A stretch of DNA of 58,538 nt, the filler included, from Squatina squatina (Eukaryota): the NCBI GenBank assembly GCA_031763465.1. It is 4 parts of 4 records of this genome, joined end to end, with 100 filler letters (N's around TTAATTAATTAA, not from the genome) between each part and the next. Parts side by side here need not be neighbours in the genome. Positions count along the whole stretch, not along the records: positions 1 to 16,496 come from JARFOE010000001.1; 3 more parts are not named here. One strand, given 5' to 3'. Positions 1 through 13,988 of the stretch are shown piece after piece. The translations under genes were made by a program, and so were the position numbers. Position 1 is the stretch's first letter; every line of letters begins with the position of its first letter. The notes under the pieces were generated by a model. It saw only the letters and a list, made by a program, of their open reading frames with translations. It was not told where the DNA came from and made no database searches.

Positions 1-2269
1 GAAAAGAAAAAAAGGCAACTCACTGATAAACACAAGGCATCTAGTGGCCTTTCTAAGAATTCTCAAAACACACTATACATGTGGCTGGCAGATTTGAGTG
101 TCAACCACAATTGGAACTCGAGCCAGCAACCACAGCAGCATGAAGGGAGTGTCTAAACCACTACACTACCAGACCACAACACTTTTACTATATATTTATA
201 AGATTCATTTCTATCTTTCTTCCGTCCCCTTTCTTTTTAGTGTCATAATCCCTATTCATCATAGCAGTAGAATCCTTTAGGCTAATAGTATACAGAAGGT
301 TACAATAAACAATAGGCATACAGTGGAGCACTATTTATTTATTTAATTATTTAGTCAGAGAAAAGCTGATCTTAAGTAAGTTTTAATAGTCATAGAGTTC
401 TTTTATTCTTTGGTAAAATATTGGAAATAAAGACAATATTGGATGTTGAGCTTTTCTGTCACTGGTTTACTTGTTGAATACGGTATCACAGAAGAGTGTG
501 CAGCCATTTTATAAAGCGTACTCGTCAATTTGTGCTGCACTCATAGCTTTTTTCAAGTCACATCATGNNNNNNNNNNNNNNNNNNNNNNNNNNNNNNNNN
601 NNNNNNNNNNNNNNNNNNNNNNNNNNNNNNNNNNNNNNNNNNNNNNNNNNNNNNNNNNNNNNNNNNNCATGTAATTCATGAAAATAATTCACTTCACTGC
701 ATCTGAAGGGTTGCAATCCACTCCCCTTTGTACTTATCGGTTATATTTTCTGGCATCTTTATTCTGAGTTGCTTTCATGCATCCACACTGCTCCCAAATC
801 AGTTGTTCCTTAAGGCAAAGATGCAAAGGATTAGACCTTTCAACTCTCCCAGAGTGCAGTATGATACCAATCTTACGCCACCCGTTAGTGAGAAGGAATA
901 CTCCCATAGCATGTAATTTTGTGGAAAAGGCAGATGTACACTGAAGGATGAGCTATAAACATAGAGAAATAGTTGAACTAATGAAAGCATCATTCATTTA
1001 GTTCCAAATGGAAGGGCAAGCTTTGATTTCAATCTAATAATTCAGTTCACATATTCTTACGAAGGTCAGTTGACTTATTCAGTCTTTGGAGAATTAAGCC
1101 ATTTATGTCATTTGGATCAAATTGAGGAGCATCATGTTCCATTTCACAACATTACACTTTAAGCAGGAGGACATAGACCTTATAAAACATAATATGACTC
1201 ATGTGTAATGCTATAAAATTTAATTGGAGTCAGATTTTATGGTTTTAATAAACTTTTACTATGAACATGGATTTTTCAGCTTTTATTTTTAAGATATAAA
1301 ATAGTTATTGAGGGCATTCTTCTTCCCTTTGAACAAATGGTCAGTTTATGTCCATAGAACTGTGACTAGTGCCTTGCGGAGAGTGGAACTTTAAGGATTT
1401 TAATTGTGAATTTACAGTTGGGAGGTGAAGCTGTGCTCGCAGGATGTTCGATGTAGTACTTGGTGCGGTGCTCTAATCACACACCAGCAAGGCCCAGGCT
1501 CTGGGCTCGATCTTTCCGTCTGAGGCAGGGCCTTCCACACAGGAGCAGCTGATTGGCTGGGTGCTCCTAGTGATTGTGAGCGAGGGGNNNNNNNNNNNNN
1601 NNNNNNNNNNNNNNNNNNNNNNNNNNNNNNNNNNNNNNNNNNNNNNNNNNNNNNNNNNNNNNNNNNNNNNNNNNNNNNNNNNNNNNNTATCAGATACAAA
1701 CAGAAATCAGATTTTATAAAGTCCATCACATGACCTGAGGGATTTGAAAATACACTACAGAACATTATCCAAGCATGATTCCATGATTTCATAATACCAT
1801 GAGGGATTTAACTGGTTTAACTATTACTAATTTAATTTGTCCCTTGGTTTTATCAATTTGGATTGTTTTGAACTTTTCATAAATTCTGTTTGTCTTACCA
1901 CAAGAAACTCCACACTGATATAACTCGAAACTTTGGTTTAATTTTTTTCTGGGAGTGAATTAAGATTCCATGGAGAATAACATTAGTCGCATCCTGTTGT
2001 GCTCCTATCCAGACTGCCTATGCTTTGTCAATATTTATATCTGAATTCCATTGGTATATCTGGAACATCATTTCCAGAATGACAAGTATACCACGGCCAT
2101 TTTGCAATCAGTATTAAAACACAGACGCAATTCATTTCCATGAGGGTTCTCCCAATCATCCATCACAACTTTGGCAGAAGATCCATGGAACCCCGGAGAA
2201 GCAACATAAGTGTTTCTTGCATTATATTTTTGATAGCAACGTATTTGATCATTCCAATTAACATTTGGA

Positions 2270-2680
2270 ATATGATAATTACTCTCTTTTTGTGTAATTT
2301 GCTGGAGGAACAGGAGGATTTATGGAGGGATGCAGGACAGGTTAACGTGCACAGGTGTGTCCACAAACCCAGGGACAGTTTCCTGGGAACCAAAGAAAAC
2401 TTCCTTTGCAGGCACAGTTTCACTGAGGATGTTGAGGTGGGGGGTGGGGGGAGAGGGATGAAGCCCACCAAAAGCCAAAACACTGAAAATAAGGCAAAAG
2501 ATATCACTGCAACCATTGCAAGCAGCAACAGTCGTATTCCAGGCACACTTAGAGGAGACCTTCTGGTGATAGGTCACATCGACCAATGTATTAACAGCCC
2601 CCATGTACATAATGAAATAGTTAAATGCATTTTACTCTGTGTTAATTCAATGATCATGGATGCCAAGTCTTTGATTTGCT
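2270..2680 (+). mobile_element. Degenerate PIF/Harbinger transposase relic
   Basis: Translated segments RCVHKPRDSFLGTKENFLCRHSFTED, KDITATIAS..(S)FQA and GHIDQCINSPHVHNEI resemble, in order, the Harbinger motifs RVYRPR.SFL.....C.RR.RFT, VKVTAAL.FYASGSFQ and GAIDCTHV.I.AP. Heavily decayed. Confidence 0.4.
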
Positions 2681-4611
2681 AATGCATTACACTGCACCAT
2701 CAAAAGAACATCATTGAAATAAAGTGCAGCTAAATTTAAGTCCTTAAAAGTGTTTAGAGTAAGGGCCTATTATTTTTATTACAGTACTTCCCCTTGGTGA
2801 GAGTGTACAGTTTATGTGATGTCGTACCTAAACTTGTGCTCCTTTTAGGTGGAAGGAGTAAATCAGATGGCTGACTGTTGGACGTCAATGAGAGGCTCCT
2901 GGGTTCAAGGTGGTTCTCTGTGTCCCTGTACTAAGGCATTAGATGATCCTGCAGCTGCTTTTGCAATATCTGGCCCTGTGCTGGCTGCCAAGTTCCGGCA
3001 GCTTTCGGGCACATGCACTGTCATTTGACTGGCAGCTTTTCCCTGAAAAACCACAGAATCATCTTTCAGTGTGCTCTGCCTTTCCCGTAGCTCTTTGTGG
3101 GGAGGGGAGATGAAATTAAAGATTTTTTAATTATTTCCTTTATTGTTGATGTGACAATTAGAATAAAAGGTATATTTTGGATGTAGGACCACTAAGTTCA
3201 GCAGTCTTTTTCTTGCTATTTTGGGAAGAATTCCTTGGAACTCATATGCAAATTTTACCAACAAACTCTAGTCCAACTTTGTAAAAAAGGTTGTCAAGTG
3301 TGTCAACAATTTCACTCTGCTTTCATTGAGGTGTTTTGGGTAGAACAGTGTTGATCAAGTAGCAGACACTTTCTGAAATGCTCTCAGTAATTCACGACTG
3401 ATTGGTTACAACTGAGTTAGTTGACCATTTACTTCCTGTTTCCTTCGCTCTTGGTACTTTTTCTCCTCCATTTCTTGTTCCCTTAATTCTTTTCCAAAGA
3501 TGATGTGCGCTCAATTGGTCCTTTAGCGCAGACGCAAAATGAGCGTTAAATGGGCACTAGTGGGGGCATTAAGGGGATGCGATGCGGAATTCGCATCGCA
3601 GCAGCACTGGCGCCAAATAGGCGCTGTGACANNNNNNNNNNNNNNNNNNNNNNNNNNNNNNNNNNNNNNNNNNNNNNNNNNNNNNNNNNNNNNNNNNNNN
3701 NNNNNNNNNNNNNNNNNNNNNNNNNNNNNNNAGATGACATTGATAAACTACTCAGGCTTTGTTTTCCTGCTTTACAACACCATCTGGACCCTTCAAGTTA
3801 TTGTAACTTTTTAACTCAACTCATTGTATAGATCAGAATTATACTTTGGACATTGTTACTTTTATATTTTGGTGGAGAAAAATAAAGTTTTTCATATGCT
3901 GATTTAGAAAGGAATAGCTCCGTGCTTAAGAAAGTATTCAACTTTTTTAGTAAGTATGTCAGAATAAGATTGCTTTATTAATTCCCTCACAAATCACAAA
4001 ACAGATATAATGAAAAAAATACAATGATCTATTCTTCCTCAGTTTCCTCCCGTCCTTCCTTGGAAACTGATTGATACTATGATACTGTTCCACAGTAGCC
4101 TTCTGGTACCCTGCCCAACTTTTCATGTATGAGTATAAGCAGCAATTTGTTTTTCTATAGCACTCCTCATATGCAAGGAGACAGAGGGACATTAGGAACA
4201 TTAGGCCATTCAGCCTCTCGAGCCTACATCTCAAAGTATTTGGAGGTCAAAGCAACACGAAGGCAAAAAGGGAAAATGGAGGGAGTTAAGAGGAGAGTCA
4301 TTAAAAGCCTGGCTGAAGAGAAGCATGGAAGGAGGTGGCATGTGGAGGGAACTGGGCAGAGAGCTCCAAAGAGAAGGTGCAGAGATGCTGCTGATGGAGA
4401 AGCGAAGGGAGCAAGGATGAGGAGAAGTCTAGGAGTGGAGCAAAGGCTGCGGGTGGAATGTAAGGCAGGAGGAAAGCATCATGTTAAGGCAAGGCAAGAC
4501 CCTGGAGGGATTTGAAAACAAGCAAAAGAATGTTGCAGTCAACTTGCTGGAGCATGGCGAGCCAGGGGAGGTTGGAGAGGACAGAGGTATGATCCATGGT
4601 ATAAGAAATAT

Positions 4612-4885
4612 GGGGTGCCCAATTCAGTACTTACCACCATTAGTCTTTGGTCGTTAAGACGGCGTTCGACCCTGAACGCCATTTTTTGCTCTCAGGTGCT
4701 GCGCTGGGCAATTCGTTGGGGCCCAGCGCAGCGTAGAAAATGGCGTTGCCCATGCAGCGACAGAGGCTCAGCGTATGGCACTAGGTGGCGTCCATGACGT
4801 CATCAGTGCACGCTACGCTGAAAATGCCCGGCTGCCTGGGACTTCAGGTAAGTTGATAGTTTTTAAAAATTAGGGGTGACACTGA
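4612..4885. mobile_element. CpG-rich non-autonomous DNA transposon (MITE, Harbinger-like), left part
   Basis: Starts GGGGTGCCCAATT, similar to the ends at 3505 (GTGCGCTCAATTGG), 41508 and 53633. CpG-rich GGCG/CGCC interior in an AT-rich background. Confidence 0.5.
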
Positions 4886-5029
4886 NNNNNNNNNNNNNNN
4901 NNNNNNNNNNNNNNNNNNNNNNNNNNNNNNNNNNNNNNNNNNNNNNNNNNNNNNNNNNNNNNNNNNNNNNNNNNNNNNNNNNNNNCCCATTTCCAGTGCA
5001 AAATTCTGTACTTAGCGCTAGAAACTTTA

Positions 5030-5372
5030 AAAACCTGAATTGGCCACCCAAGGCTCTGCACTTCCTGATTCAGATGAGGGAGTTTGACGGCCCAAATGAT
5101 TAATAGGTTGCTGGTGGTAGCCAAAAAGGATTGCTTTAAATTCGACAATATTTAGCTGGAGGAAATTTTGGCCCATTTGGGACTTGATGTCAGACAGAAA
5201 GTTGGAGAGTGCAGCAAGAGCCTTTGGACCGATGGAGGAGTCAGAGAGGTAGGGCTGAGTGTCACCAGTATACATATGGAACTGACCCCATACTTTCAGA
5301 TGGTGGTTTCAAACGGGTATCGTGTAGATGGTGAAAAAGAGGGGACCAGGCACTGAACCTTGGGGTGCACTG
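5030..5372 (-). mobile_element. L2-clade LINE reverse transcriptase fragment
   Basis: The minus strand reads PQGSVPGPLFFTIYT...FHMYTGDTQPYLS...LSDIKSQMGQNFLQLN, a degenerate PQGSVLGP/YADDTQLY/LQLN RT signature of L2. Confidence 0.85.
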
Positions 5373-6124
5373 GTTAATATTGACAGATTATTCAGCTGTG
5401 AGGATCCATGCAGTTTTCAAGCAAGGGTGTTTGGACAGCAACCTGGAGGACAATCCTGGCTGACTTTTCCTCCCTCGCTAAGATACTGAGGCCAACTATA
5501 GTGCCCTAGTTGAGGTTGGCTAACTGAGCACAGACTAGAGATTGAAGCTGCTGGCCTCTTGACCAGTATGGCTCAGTACAGCGCCTGGCATTTATGTCTT
5601 GTATGATTGAGGAAACGCAAACATCTCATTCTTTTATGAAAGAAACATAACAGACTAAGCATTCACTACCACCGGTGGGAAGGGAAGGCACAAAATTAAT
5701 ACATAAGCAGATCTTTCTGGTGCAGAATAGCCTAGAAATCACCTCCCCACACCCCCGCCCCACTCCAGGAGGGGAAACAGTATTCCAGCACAGTGACAAT
5801 GTGGGGCTCAATTTGGGGCAGAACAGGATCCACTGGGTTTCTGCCCCATTTAATGCAAATCCAAATGGGGCAATTATTGTGCATGTGCTCCCTAAATCTC
5901 AGCAGCAGTTTGGGGGCATGCTTGAGGGCAACACTAGGGTACCCTGAGAATTCTGTCAGTAATAACTGAAGCAAGGATATGTAGTTGTGTCATCAGGAGT
6001 TAAATCAATATGGGGTGGAGGGGGNNNNNNNNNNNNNNNNNNNNNNNNNNNNNNNNNNNNNNNNNNNNNNNNNNNNNNNNNNNNNNNNNNNNNNNNNNNN
6101 NNNNNNNNNNNNNNNNNNNNNNNN

Positions 6125-6320
6125 CCTCCTATCTTTCCTTCCCTATCTTTCCTGACCACCTTATAACCAGGAATATTTAATACCCAATCCTGCCCTTTGA
6201 GCCAGGTCTCAGTTATTGCCACAACATCATATTCCCCTGTGGCTATTTGTGCCTGCAGCTCACCTATCTTGTTTACTACACTTCATGCGTTCACATACAT
6301 GCACTGTAAATCCATCCTGG
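6125..6320 (-). mobile_element. CR1 LINE ORF2 N-terminal (APE endonuclease) fragment
   Basis: AITETWLKGQDWVLNIPGYKVVRKDREGKIG is the typical CR1 APE motif. Confidence 0.85.
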
Positions 6321-7189
6321 ACCATCCTGTATTCTCTCTTAGTTGGACCCCACCTAATACTTTACTATTTCTTATTTTCATGCTATCTGCCTCTCTCAAT
6401 CCCTTGAGCACTTTATTTCCCCATTCTAATGTTCTAATGTTCTTTCTAATATTCTAATTACTTGCTTATATGTAATAGGGATGATTTTGGTCACTGGTAT
6501 GCAGCATGCACACATTGTGGCTGATTTGGATCAAAAATGAGACCACACGACAGACATGCATTGGCCTCATTTAAAAAGAATAATTATTTAAAACCAAACC
6601 AACTCCAAATCTGCAGACTTTGGTTAAGGCTCTGGCCACAGTGTGCACTCCACCCATATGTTAATAAAAGTCTTCCGCACAGAAATTCCTAGTCCTCTGA
6701 ACTGCCGCCAGAAGTCAGACCTCCATCCACCCTATAGTACCAACACTGACCTCATCAGAAATCTGGGGTCAGCTAATTTTAATATTGCTGGGGGGTAGGG
6801 GTGGGGCAGAGGAAGGTGTCGCTAGGATGCAGCTTTGGCATTTAAAGCGAGACTGTCCTTAAAGGTGATACAGTACTGCAGGCAAGAAGACAAGAAAATG
6901 ACACCAAAGCAACTGCAAACTTCACCAAGAATAATATTCTACATTTGAATAATAGTCAACTGTTATTAGACAGAGGAGGGATAGAACTATGTTAAAACCC
7001 AGAGATCTGATAAATAATTAATGGCCCACTCGATTTGTCTTGATCCTGCATCAAATGTAACAATGGCCCGAGTTGTCCTGGTAAATGGGCCATTAACTGC
7101 TTGTCGGGTCTGTCGCAGGTTGACCTGCAGGCAACTTTAGGAACAAGGATATCTCCAGTAGAAATGAAAGCTACCACATCAATGGATCC

Positions 7190-7735
7190 TCCCAAGACAG
7201 AGGACGTTTCCCCACATCAGGAGGTCTGCAGAGCACAAACACATTTAGTTCCCTGCTGGTGCTGGTTCTGAGCCACCTTTTTGTGCAAGAGAAAGAGAAG
7301 TATGTCAGTGAGTCTGGTGCAATGTGCTTGGTTGATATGCCTGTTATGATTGAATAGCTGACAATGTGTTCAAGTTGTGAGATGTGAGTGTGAGGCTTGC
7401 AACAGTGGTAAGTGTGTGAGGGTGAGATGAAGCTGTGAATGTTTGCTATGAGTTGTGTTTTGTAGAGATTGTTGGTAGGTGCGTGATGGAGGAGTGGTGC
7501 ATTGAGCAGTGTGTGAGGCTAGTGGTGAAGGTGATGGTCTGGCATTTGAAGATGAATTCACTGACCTTGACCACTCATATGAGGTCATTAATCCTCTCAC
7601 TGCACTGGGCCCTCCGGGCTAAACTGCTGGCAGCGGCTATCTGCTCCCATTGATCTTTACACAGTCGCCTGGAGGCCCTACTGGCACCCTGTGGGAACAG
7701 CAACTCTCTCCTCTAATTGACCTTCTGCACCAAGA
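7190..7735 (-). mobile_element. Degenerate Harbinger Myb/SANT-like gene fragment (two exon remnants)
   Basis: The minus strand reads LVQKVN*RRELLFPQGASRASRRLCKDQWEQIAAASSLARRAQCSERINDLI*VVK then gtcagt (donor). This matches the trihelix/Myb-SANT pattern L..V..R...LF...W..IA...QC...NDL, with two in-frame stops. A next-exon remnant KKVAQNQ lies near 7280. Confidence 0.7.
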
Positions 7736-9004
7736 NNNNNNNNNNNNNNNNNNNNNNNNNNNNNNNNNNNNNNNNNNNNNNNNNNNNNNNNNNNNNNNNN
7801 NNNNNNNNNNNNNNNNNNNNNNNNNNNNNNNNNNNATGGAGACCAAGAATGTACAAATTTTGTGCTCCTGTTACTGACTTCCACACTTTGACCTTGAGTT
7901 CTCACTTGTAAATTTACAAGAACCCAGGGTGGAAAGCAGAGGTCAGGGGCACAAGTACACAAGCTACACATTCCCACAGTCAGTCTCTTCGTCAAAATCA
8001 CGGAAATTTTCATAATGAATGACACTAGGATGAGAATATTTCTTTTGTTGCATTTTTTGAAAAAAGTACTAGAGCTTTGAATAAATATTCCATTTTAATT
8101 GGCCTTTACTGTCAAATAAGCTGTCAAGGGTTCTGGATGGGAATGTTTCTAAGAGAAGTGACCAACCAAGTTAACAAAAGAAGCATAAGGCCATAACCCA
8201 CGACAAAATTCATCTTTCATCTCATTGAAAATATCTAACTTGCCTCAAAGATGAATTGATATTTTCCCTTATGTTGCTACCTGCTAGCTATTAACTATCT
8301 CTGTTTGCTTAAAGGGATATTTTTTATTTTGCTGGAGTATGATCTTGTGAGTTTGGCAGCAGTTCAGACCAGTGCAAGATTTTTGGTTGCCGTGTGTTAC
8401 AGGAGGGCAATTATCTCATTTATTAGTTGATAATCGAAGAGTTCATTTGTAGGGAATTTCCTAACGTGGATTTGTGTATCAATGATATACAGAAGCTACT
8501 ATTAGATCACAGAGAAAGTCATGAAATATAACTGTGAATGTACGCAAATGAAAATTCTATTCAGTACTGTCTAATGCGCAGATATGATGATATACCCTGA
8601 TCTAACCAAACTACTACAAAGTTCCAATTTTTTCCTGATATGCTCAGTTTTGGAGTATTAGTATTCTAATATTGAAGTCTGACTACATGCAGCATTTTCT
8701 CCAACCCAACTTAAAAATCTTAACATAATTTAGGATTTTTCTGTAAAATATTGCTGAGTTTAGCACAGAGTGAAATCCATAGGGTGCATCATCAGAGAGA
8801 CCAAAGAGTCATCCAATCCTACAGTCATCATCTGAAAGCCAAGTGCTTGCTAGATAAAAGAACAATGTGGTTTACCAGGCCACCATGTAGCTCCAGTCAC
8901 CAGTNNNNNNNNNNNNNNNNNNNNNNNNNNNNNNNNNNNNNNNNNNNNNNNNNNNNNNNNNNNNNNNNNNNNNNNNNNNNNNNNNNNNNNNNNNNNNNNN
9001 NNNN

Positions 9005-9095
9005 CAGCTGCCGTGGTGGGATTTGAACTTACGTCCCTGGATCAATAGTCCAAGCCTCTGGATTACTCGTCCCGCAACTTAACCACTACGCTACC
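9005..9095 (-). mobile_element. tRNA-derived SINE 5' head
   Basis: Minus strand GGTAGCGTAGTGGTTAA (A box) ... GTTCAAATCCCACC (B box). The spacer is too long and there is no cloverleaf, so this is a SINE and not a tRNA. Confidence 0.75.
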
Positions 9096-12000
9096 GAGAC
9101 CCCTAAACTTTAATGAATATTTGATCATCAGTCAAAGATATCTACAAGTGTGACCCCACACATCCTATCCCAACTCCAGGTTCAAGTGGATCACGTTTCA
9201 ATTGGAGGTGAATTCTATTTAACAGGAACATTTATAGAATGGTCTCATTGACGTTACAAAGAGGTTTTCAGTCTGGGATGAACTAAATCATTTTGGTAGT
9301 TTTCTTGAGCTGGATTTGATATTATCAAATAATCCCTTAAACATTTGCAGAGGGACACTTTTTTTTCTCCCCTTAACGCCGAGCTGTTAAGAAAGTCATT
9401 AACAGTGTCTGTGGCTATATGGCAGTTGTGTTTTAAGTTTTATAGTCAACATGTCTTCCCATTAATTTGTGACAACTCCTTTCACGTAAAGGCTAATGGT
9501 TCACAGAAGAGTTCAATCCTAACACTCAGACTGGCGAGCCAAAACGTCCTGGTGCAAATTGTTTTTTCACGCCTAACTCAAATGTCCCTGAGTTTAATCT
9601 GTGTCCTGGCATTTTTTTTCTTCTTCTTCATTAAAAGCATGCAGCGTCCAGCTCAAACTGGAAAAAGCTAAAAATGCACATCTCCGCATGTTGGCTGATT
9701 GCTGACTGGAAGAGAATGCTCGCTCTGTCAGATGGATTTGATTCCATGCTGTATGCTTGGCTGAAGATGCTGTTGATAGGTTCAGCTGAGTAAATGTGAC
9801 AGGAGTAAACACTGTTTATCTTGGCAGACCACACGCTGATTTCTCATAAACGACTGCAGTACCCGTCTGGTATTTCTAGAACATGTCTAATGCAGGGCTA
9901 TCATCATTGCTCAGTAATAAACAAGATTATTTCCAGGTTACAATGGTTTGAAGGGCTAGATTGGGATGGGGGCACAGCATCCACAAGTTAAATTTAACTC
10001 ATATTCTTTTGTCAAATTTCATATAAGAAAACCCAGAGGCAAGATTTCCTCTGTGTAGCAAAATTGCAAACATTCTTTTTTAACAACAAGTTTATGCTTT
10101 TGTTACACAAAAGGCACAGAGTTGTTTCATTTACAGTTTGCTGCAATAAAATACCTGTTTCAGTCAATAATCTGTTTGCCACTCGCTATCTTTCTATGGT
10201 TGGGAGTATTCCGTTGTCAGTAAATGTTGCTCCTCAAGATTTCAGTAAGTAAACGCAGCGCTTCGTGTATGCTGAGATGACTAATCTCAACCAAGCAGTA
10301 GTTTGGTGTAACAATTAGCCTAAATGACCCTGGGCTAGGGAGGGTTCGTGCTCTTGACAACAATCACTAGAAATGTATTTGCCTGAACTTCAGATGAAGA
10401 GAGGATTGGGCTTGTTGAAATATCCATGGTCAAACAGCCTGCTGACAGTCACTGAAAGAGGAAAATCAATGGANNNNNNNNNNNNNNNNNNNNNNNNNNN
10501 NNNNNNNNNNNNNNNNNNNNNNNNNNNNNNNNNNNNNNNNNNNNNNNNNNNNNNNNNNNNNNNNNNNNNNNNNATTAAGCTTTTTTTCCTTCAACTATCT
10601 AATTATAATTGGGGCTTACCCTGAAGAAGTAATAAAAAATTAGATTATACTGATGATAAGTTCTTAATTTAGAATCCCGATAAACAATTCAAAATAATGC
10701 AAATATTTGTTTGAGTACCAGAGACAGAAAGGCATCTGATAAAAACACTGATAAATTGCAAACTAAACACGGAACTTTGGCAACTGCCAGGAACTTATTA
10801 TGAGTGTCGCATCTCACTGAACACCACACGCATTCATCTTAAATGTTAACGGCATTTATCAGTGTTCACTTCATGTCAACATTTTTGATTAAATATTTAT
10901 AAGAAGCAAATATTTTCAGCACTAGAAAATGTAAAACGAACTTCAGAATGCTAACAAATATAAATGCTGGTATTTTCTGTTTCCCACTTTGCTTGCTCTT
11001 GCATTCAAACAGTCACTTAAATCAATGATTTTCCTTTAGGCTAAAGTCTAGCCCTTGTTCCATTTTATGCATTACATAGAATGGCCATTTTTTCCAAGTG
11101 TGGGGTGTTACTGAGCCACTCAGGTCAGTAAGGTCTCAGGTTTAATCCATAAATTGTATGGAGCTTGCTAATCTCAGTCAAGACCACAGTGGAGACACTG
11201 TCCAGACTAGGAGCAGGGGAAAATTAGTCGATGTTTGCATTCCTTATTCATACTAAGAAACCCATACGGGAAATGTATGTGAGGATGCAACGTAAGGGCA
11301 GGGCTGGCTTCAACTGTAATGCCTCCATGGTCCAATAGCTTTCCAGCGGTCCAAGTCAAGGCTCACAGTCTTCATAGTCTCCAGATGGCAGCTAGCACCC
11401 ATGGACCATTTTGCAATGTGAGTAATCGCTTTCAGGAGAGGAAGGCTAAATGAAGAATTTTGAATGAGGAGAAAATATGCATTAAGGAAATTCAGCATCT
11501 ACCTATTATATGTTTAGAATGATAGATTGGTCACAATATTCCATTTTAAAAAGGGCTGAAAACCTTATCCTATGGAAAATCAACAACAATGACAACTTGC
11601 ATTTATATAGCGTCTTTGACATAGTAAATATGAGTGTCCAAATTTACCTGAAATATCTATTACACTTGTAGGAGGTGCTGTGATANNNNNNNNNNNNNNN
11701 NNNNNNNNNNNNNNNNNNNNNNNNNNNNNNNNNNNNNNNNNNNNNNNNNNNNNNNNNNNNNNNNNNNNNNNNNNNNNNNNNNNNNTGAAAACAATGGTAA
11801 AACTCTTGTAATGTAATATGACTTATTCAATCACCAGTGACCTGACAGTGAGGCACTATGTAAATCCGCATATAAAGAAACAGCAATATTGATCCCCCTT
11901 CTGTAGTATTCTCGGTACAAGGAACTGTTGGGAAGAGCTTTACTGCCAGAATCTCACGGTAATGTCCGGCTTCAGTGCTCTGGGGTCTTCAACAGAACCT

Positions 12001-12297
12001 GTGGAGCTGTTTGTTTGCATATGTTGTCAACAGGCCCAGCTCTAGGTTACCCCACATGTGGGAGAGGGACTGCAATAACTTCTCAGTTGACAGCCACAGA
12101 AAGAAAAATATATGGATTAAACCTCCACTATCAACATACACAAATTTAGCTGGTGTGTTATGTAATTAAAAATCGATGGCAATGAGCGATTTCAAGGCAG
12201 GAATGTAATTTTGTGAGATTTAAGATGTTACATGAATCACTCAAGTCAGGTTACTGTCTTTCAATCACTTTTATGCAAACTAGTATTGAAAGACTCC

Positions 12298-12660
12298 TCA
12301 ATGGCTCAGAAGATTTGCATTGAATAATTGATCAGCAGGATCCCAGGATTGATCACTAGTCTGTACGGCATTCGCTAATCTCAGCTGGGGCAGCAATAGT
12401 GGCACCGCAACTGACCTCATAGCTTCTGGGTTGGGGCGGTGAGGGGGTTAGTCACTGTTCCCAGTCCTGATCACTATCACTACCCTTGCTGGGAAGCAGG
12501 GAGAGGGGAAAAAAATCAATGTGATATGACAGAACTCGGTTCTCAGCTGTGATTGAATAGCCTGCCAAGAACCACTTCCAATACCAGTGAATAATAGCCA
12601 TGGGAGTGAGGTACTCATAGGTGCCTAGTGCTCATGGAACCATATCATAGGAAAGAATCA
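12298..12660 (+). mobile_element. Old tRNA-type SINE copy (related copies near 5430-5590 -, 10260-10360 +, 11100-11310 +)
   Basis: A shared degenerate core gctaatctcagc...gcag..gt.g..c..caa.tg.cctc....ctggg.t.ggg recurs four times in segment A. Confidence 0.5.
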
Positions 12661-13838
12661 CGACCTCAAGTATAAAATAAAAATGTGATTTATTTTTAGA
12701 AAGCAGCTTCAGTGCTAAGTATTCCAATCACCCTGGTAATAAAGTGTAAATTATGACTGTGTGGGCAGACTTGTGCTATAAACTCCTGCACTCTTAGCTT
12801 AATTTCACAGGGGACCCTCCGCAGCCAAAGACAAAACCTTGAACCTACTTGTCTGTATTGGACTGAAGCCCAGAGGCCAGTATTCAAACCTTACTACACC
12901 AACCACTTCTTTGAAATGCTGAGTTTAATCTTTCTTACAATGAAAAAGCTTATTAAACAAACACAATTCCCTCAAATTACATTCATAAAGATCCTTAACG
13001 GTGTTTTAACAGTTACAAATCTCAAAATTTGTGCTTTAATAAAAACAAACACCAGATAAACAATTTAGTCAGGTTCTTTATTAAACTATTTTCTTTGAGG
13101 AGCACAATGCAAAGATTCCTGTTGGTTTCTCATCCCGCAGCATGCTGAATTTAATATTTAAAACAGTAAATCCAACTTCCTCTACTTATAAATGTAAGAA
13201 TGTAGATACATTGTAAGCAAACAGAACATTGAACAACANNNNNNNNNNNNNNNNNNNNNNNNNNNNNNNNNNNNNNNNNNNNNNNNNNNNNNNNNNNNNN
13301 NNNNNNNNNNNNNNNNNNNNNNNNNNNNNNNNNNNNNNCAATAGAATCCCCACCAGTTAGAGCTGATTTACATTGGCGTAATTGAAATTGTGGACCAGCC
13401 CCACAAAAGGCTGACTTTCTGTGGTAGGCATGCATCTTTAATGTGGCCTTCTGGGACAACCTCCCCTCCAGCTCAGGGTTCATGATTAGTTATGGTCTGC
13501 TGCAAGCTTCATAACTTTGCTCTGCAAAGATATCTCAGCATCCAGCTTGATTATTCGGATGGTGAGTCTATGCCAGAGCAAGGGTGTGCAATAGCAATGA
13601 GGAATTGTCTGCAGAACTAGCAGTAACAAATACTGCCATGCCAGACATTAGTTCAAGAAGTTTTCCAATGAGTGCCAGGGCAACACCACTTCTTCAAGCT
13701 GTAAACAGCAACTTCAAAGCAACTGTTCTCAAACCAGCTTGTCTTACACTTTGATTTTCAGAACTTCAAATCTATTGCCATCTTCTGCTGGATTTTGCTT
13801 TATTTTAATCAATGACTCATAAATACTCAACACAATGT

Positions 13839-13988
<150 letters not shown>

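Noticed and set aside
728-993. Short ORFs on both strands with an acceptor-like site near 954
   Set aside because: No frame gives a recognisable protein.
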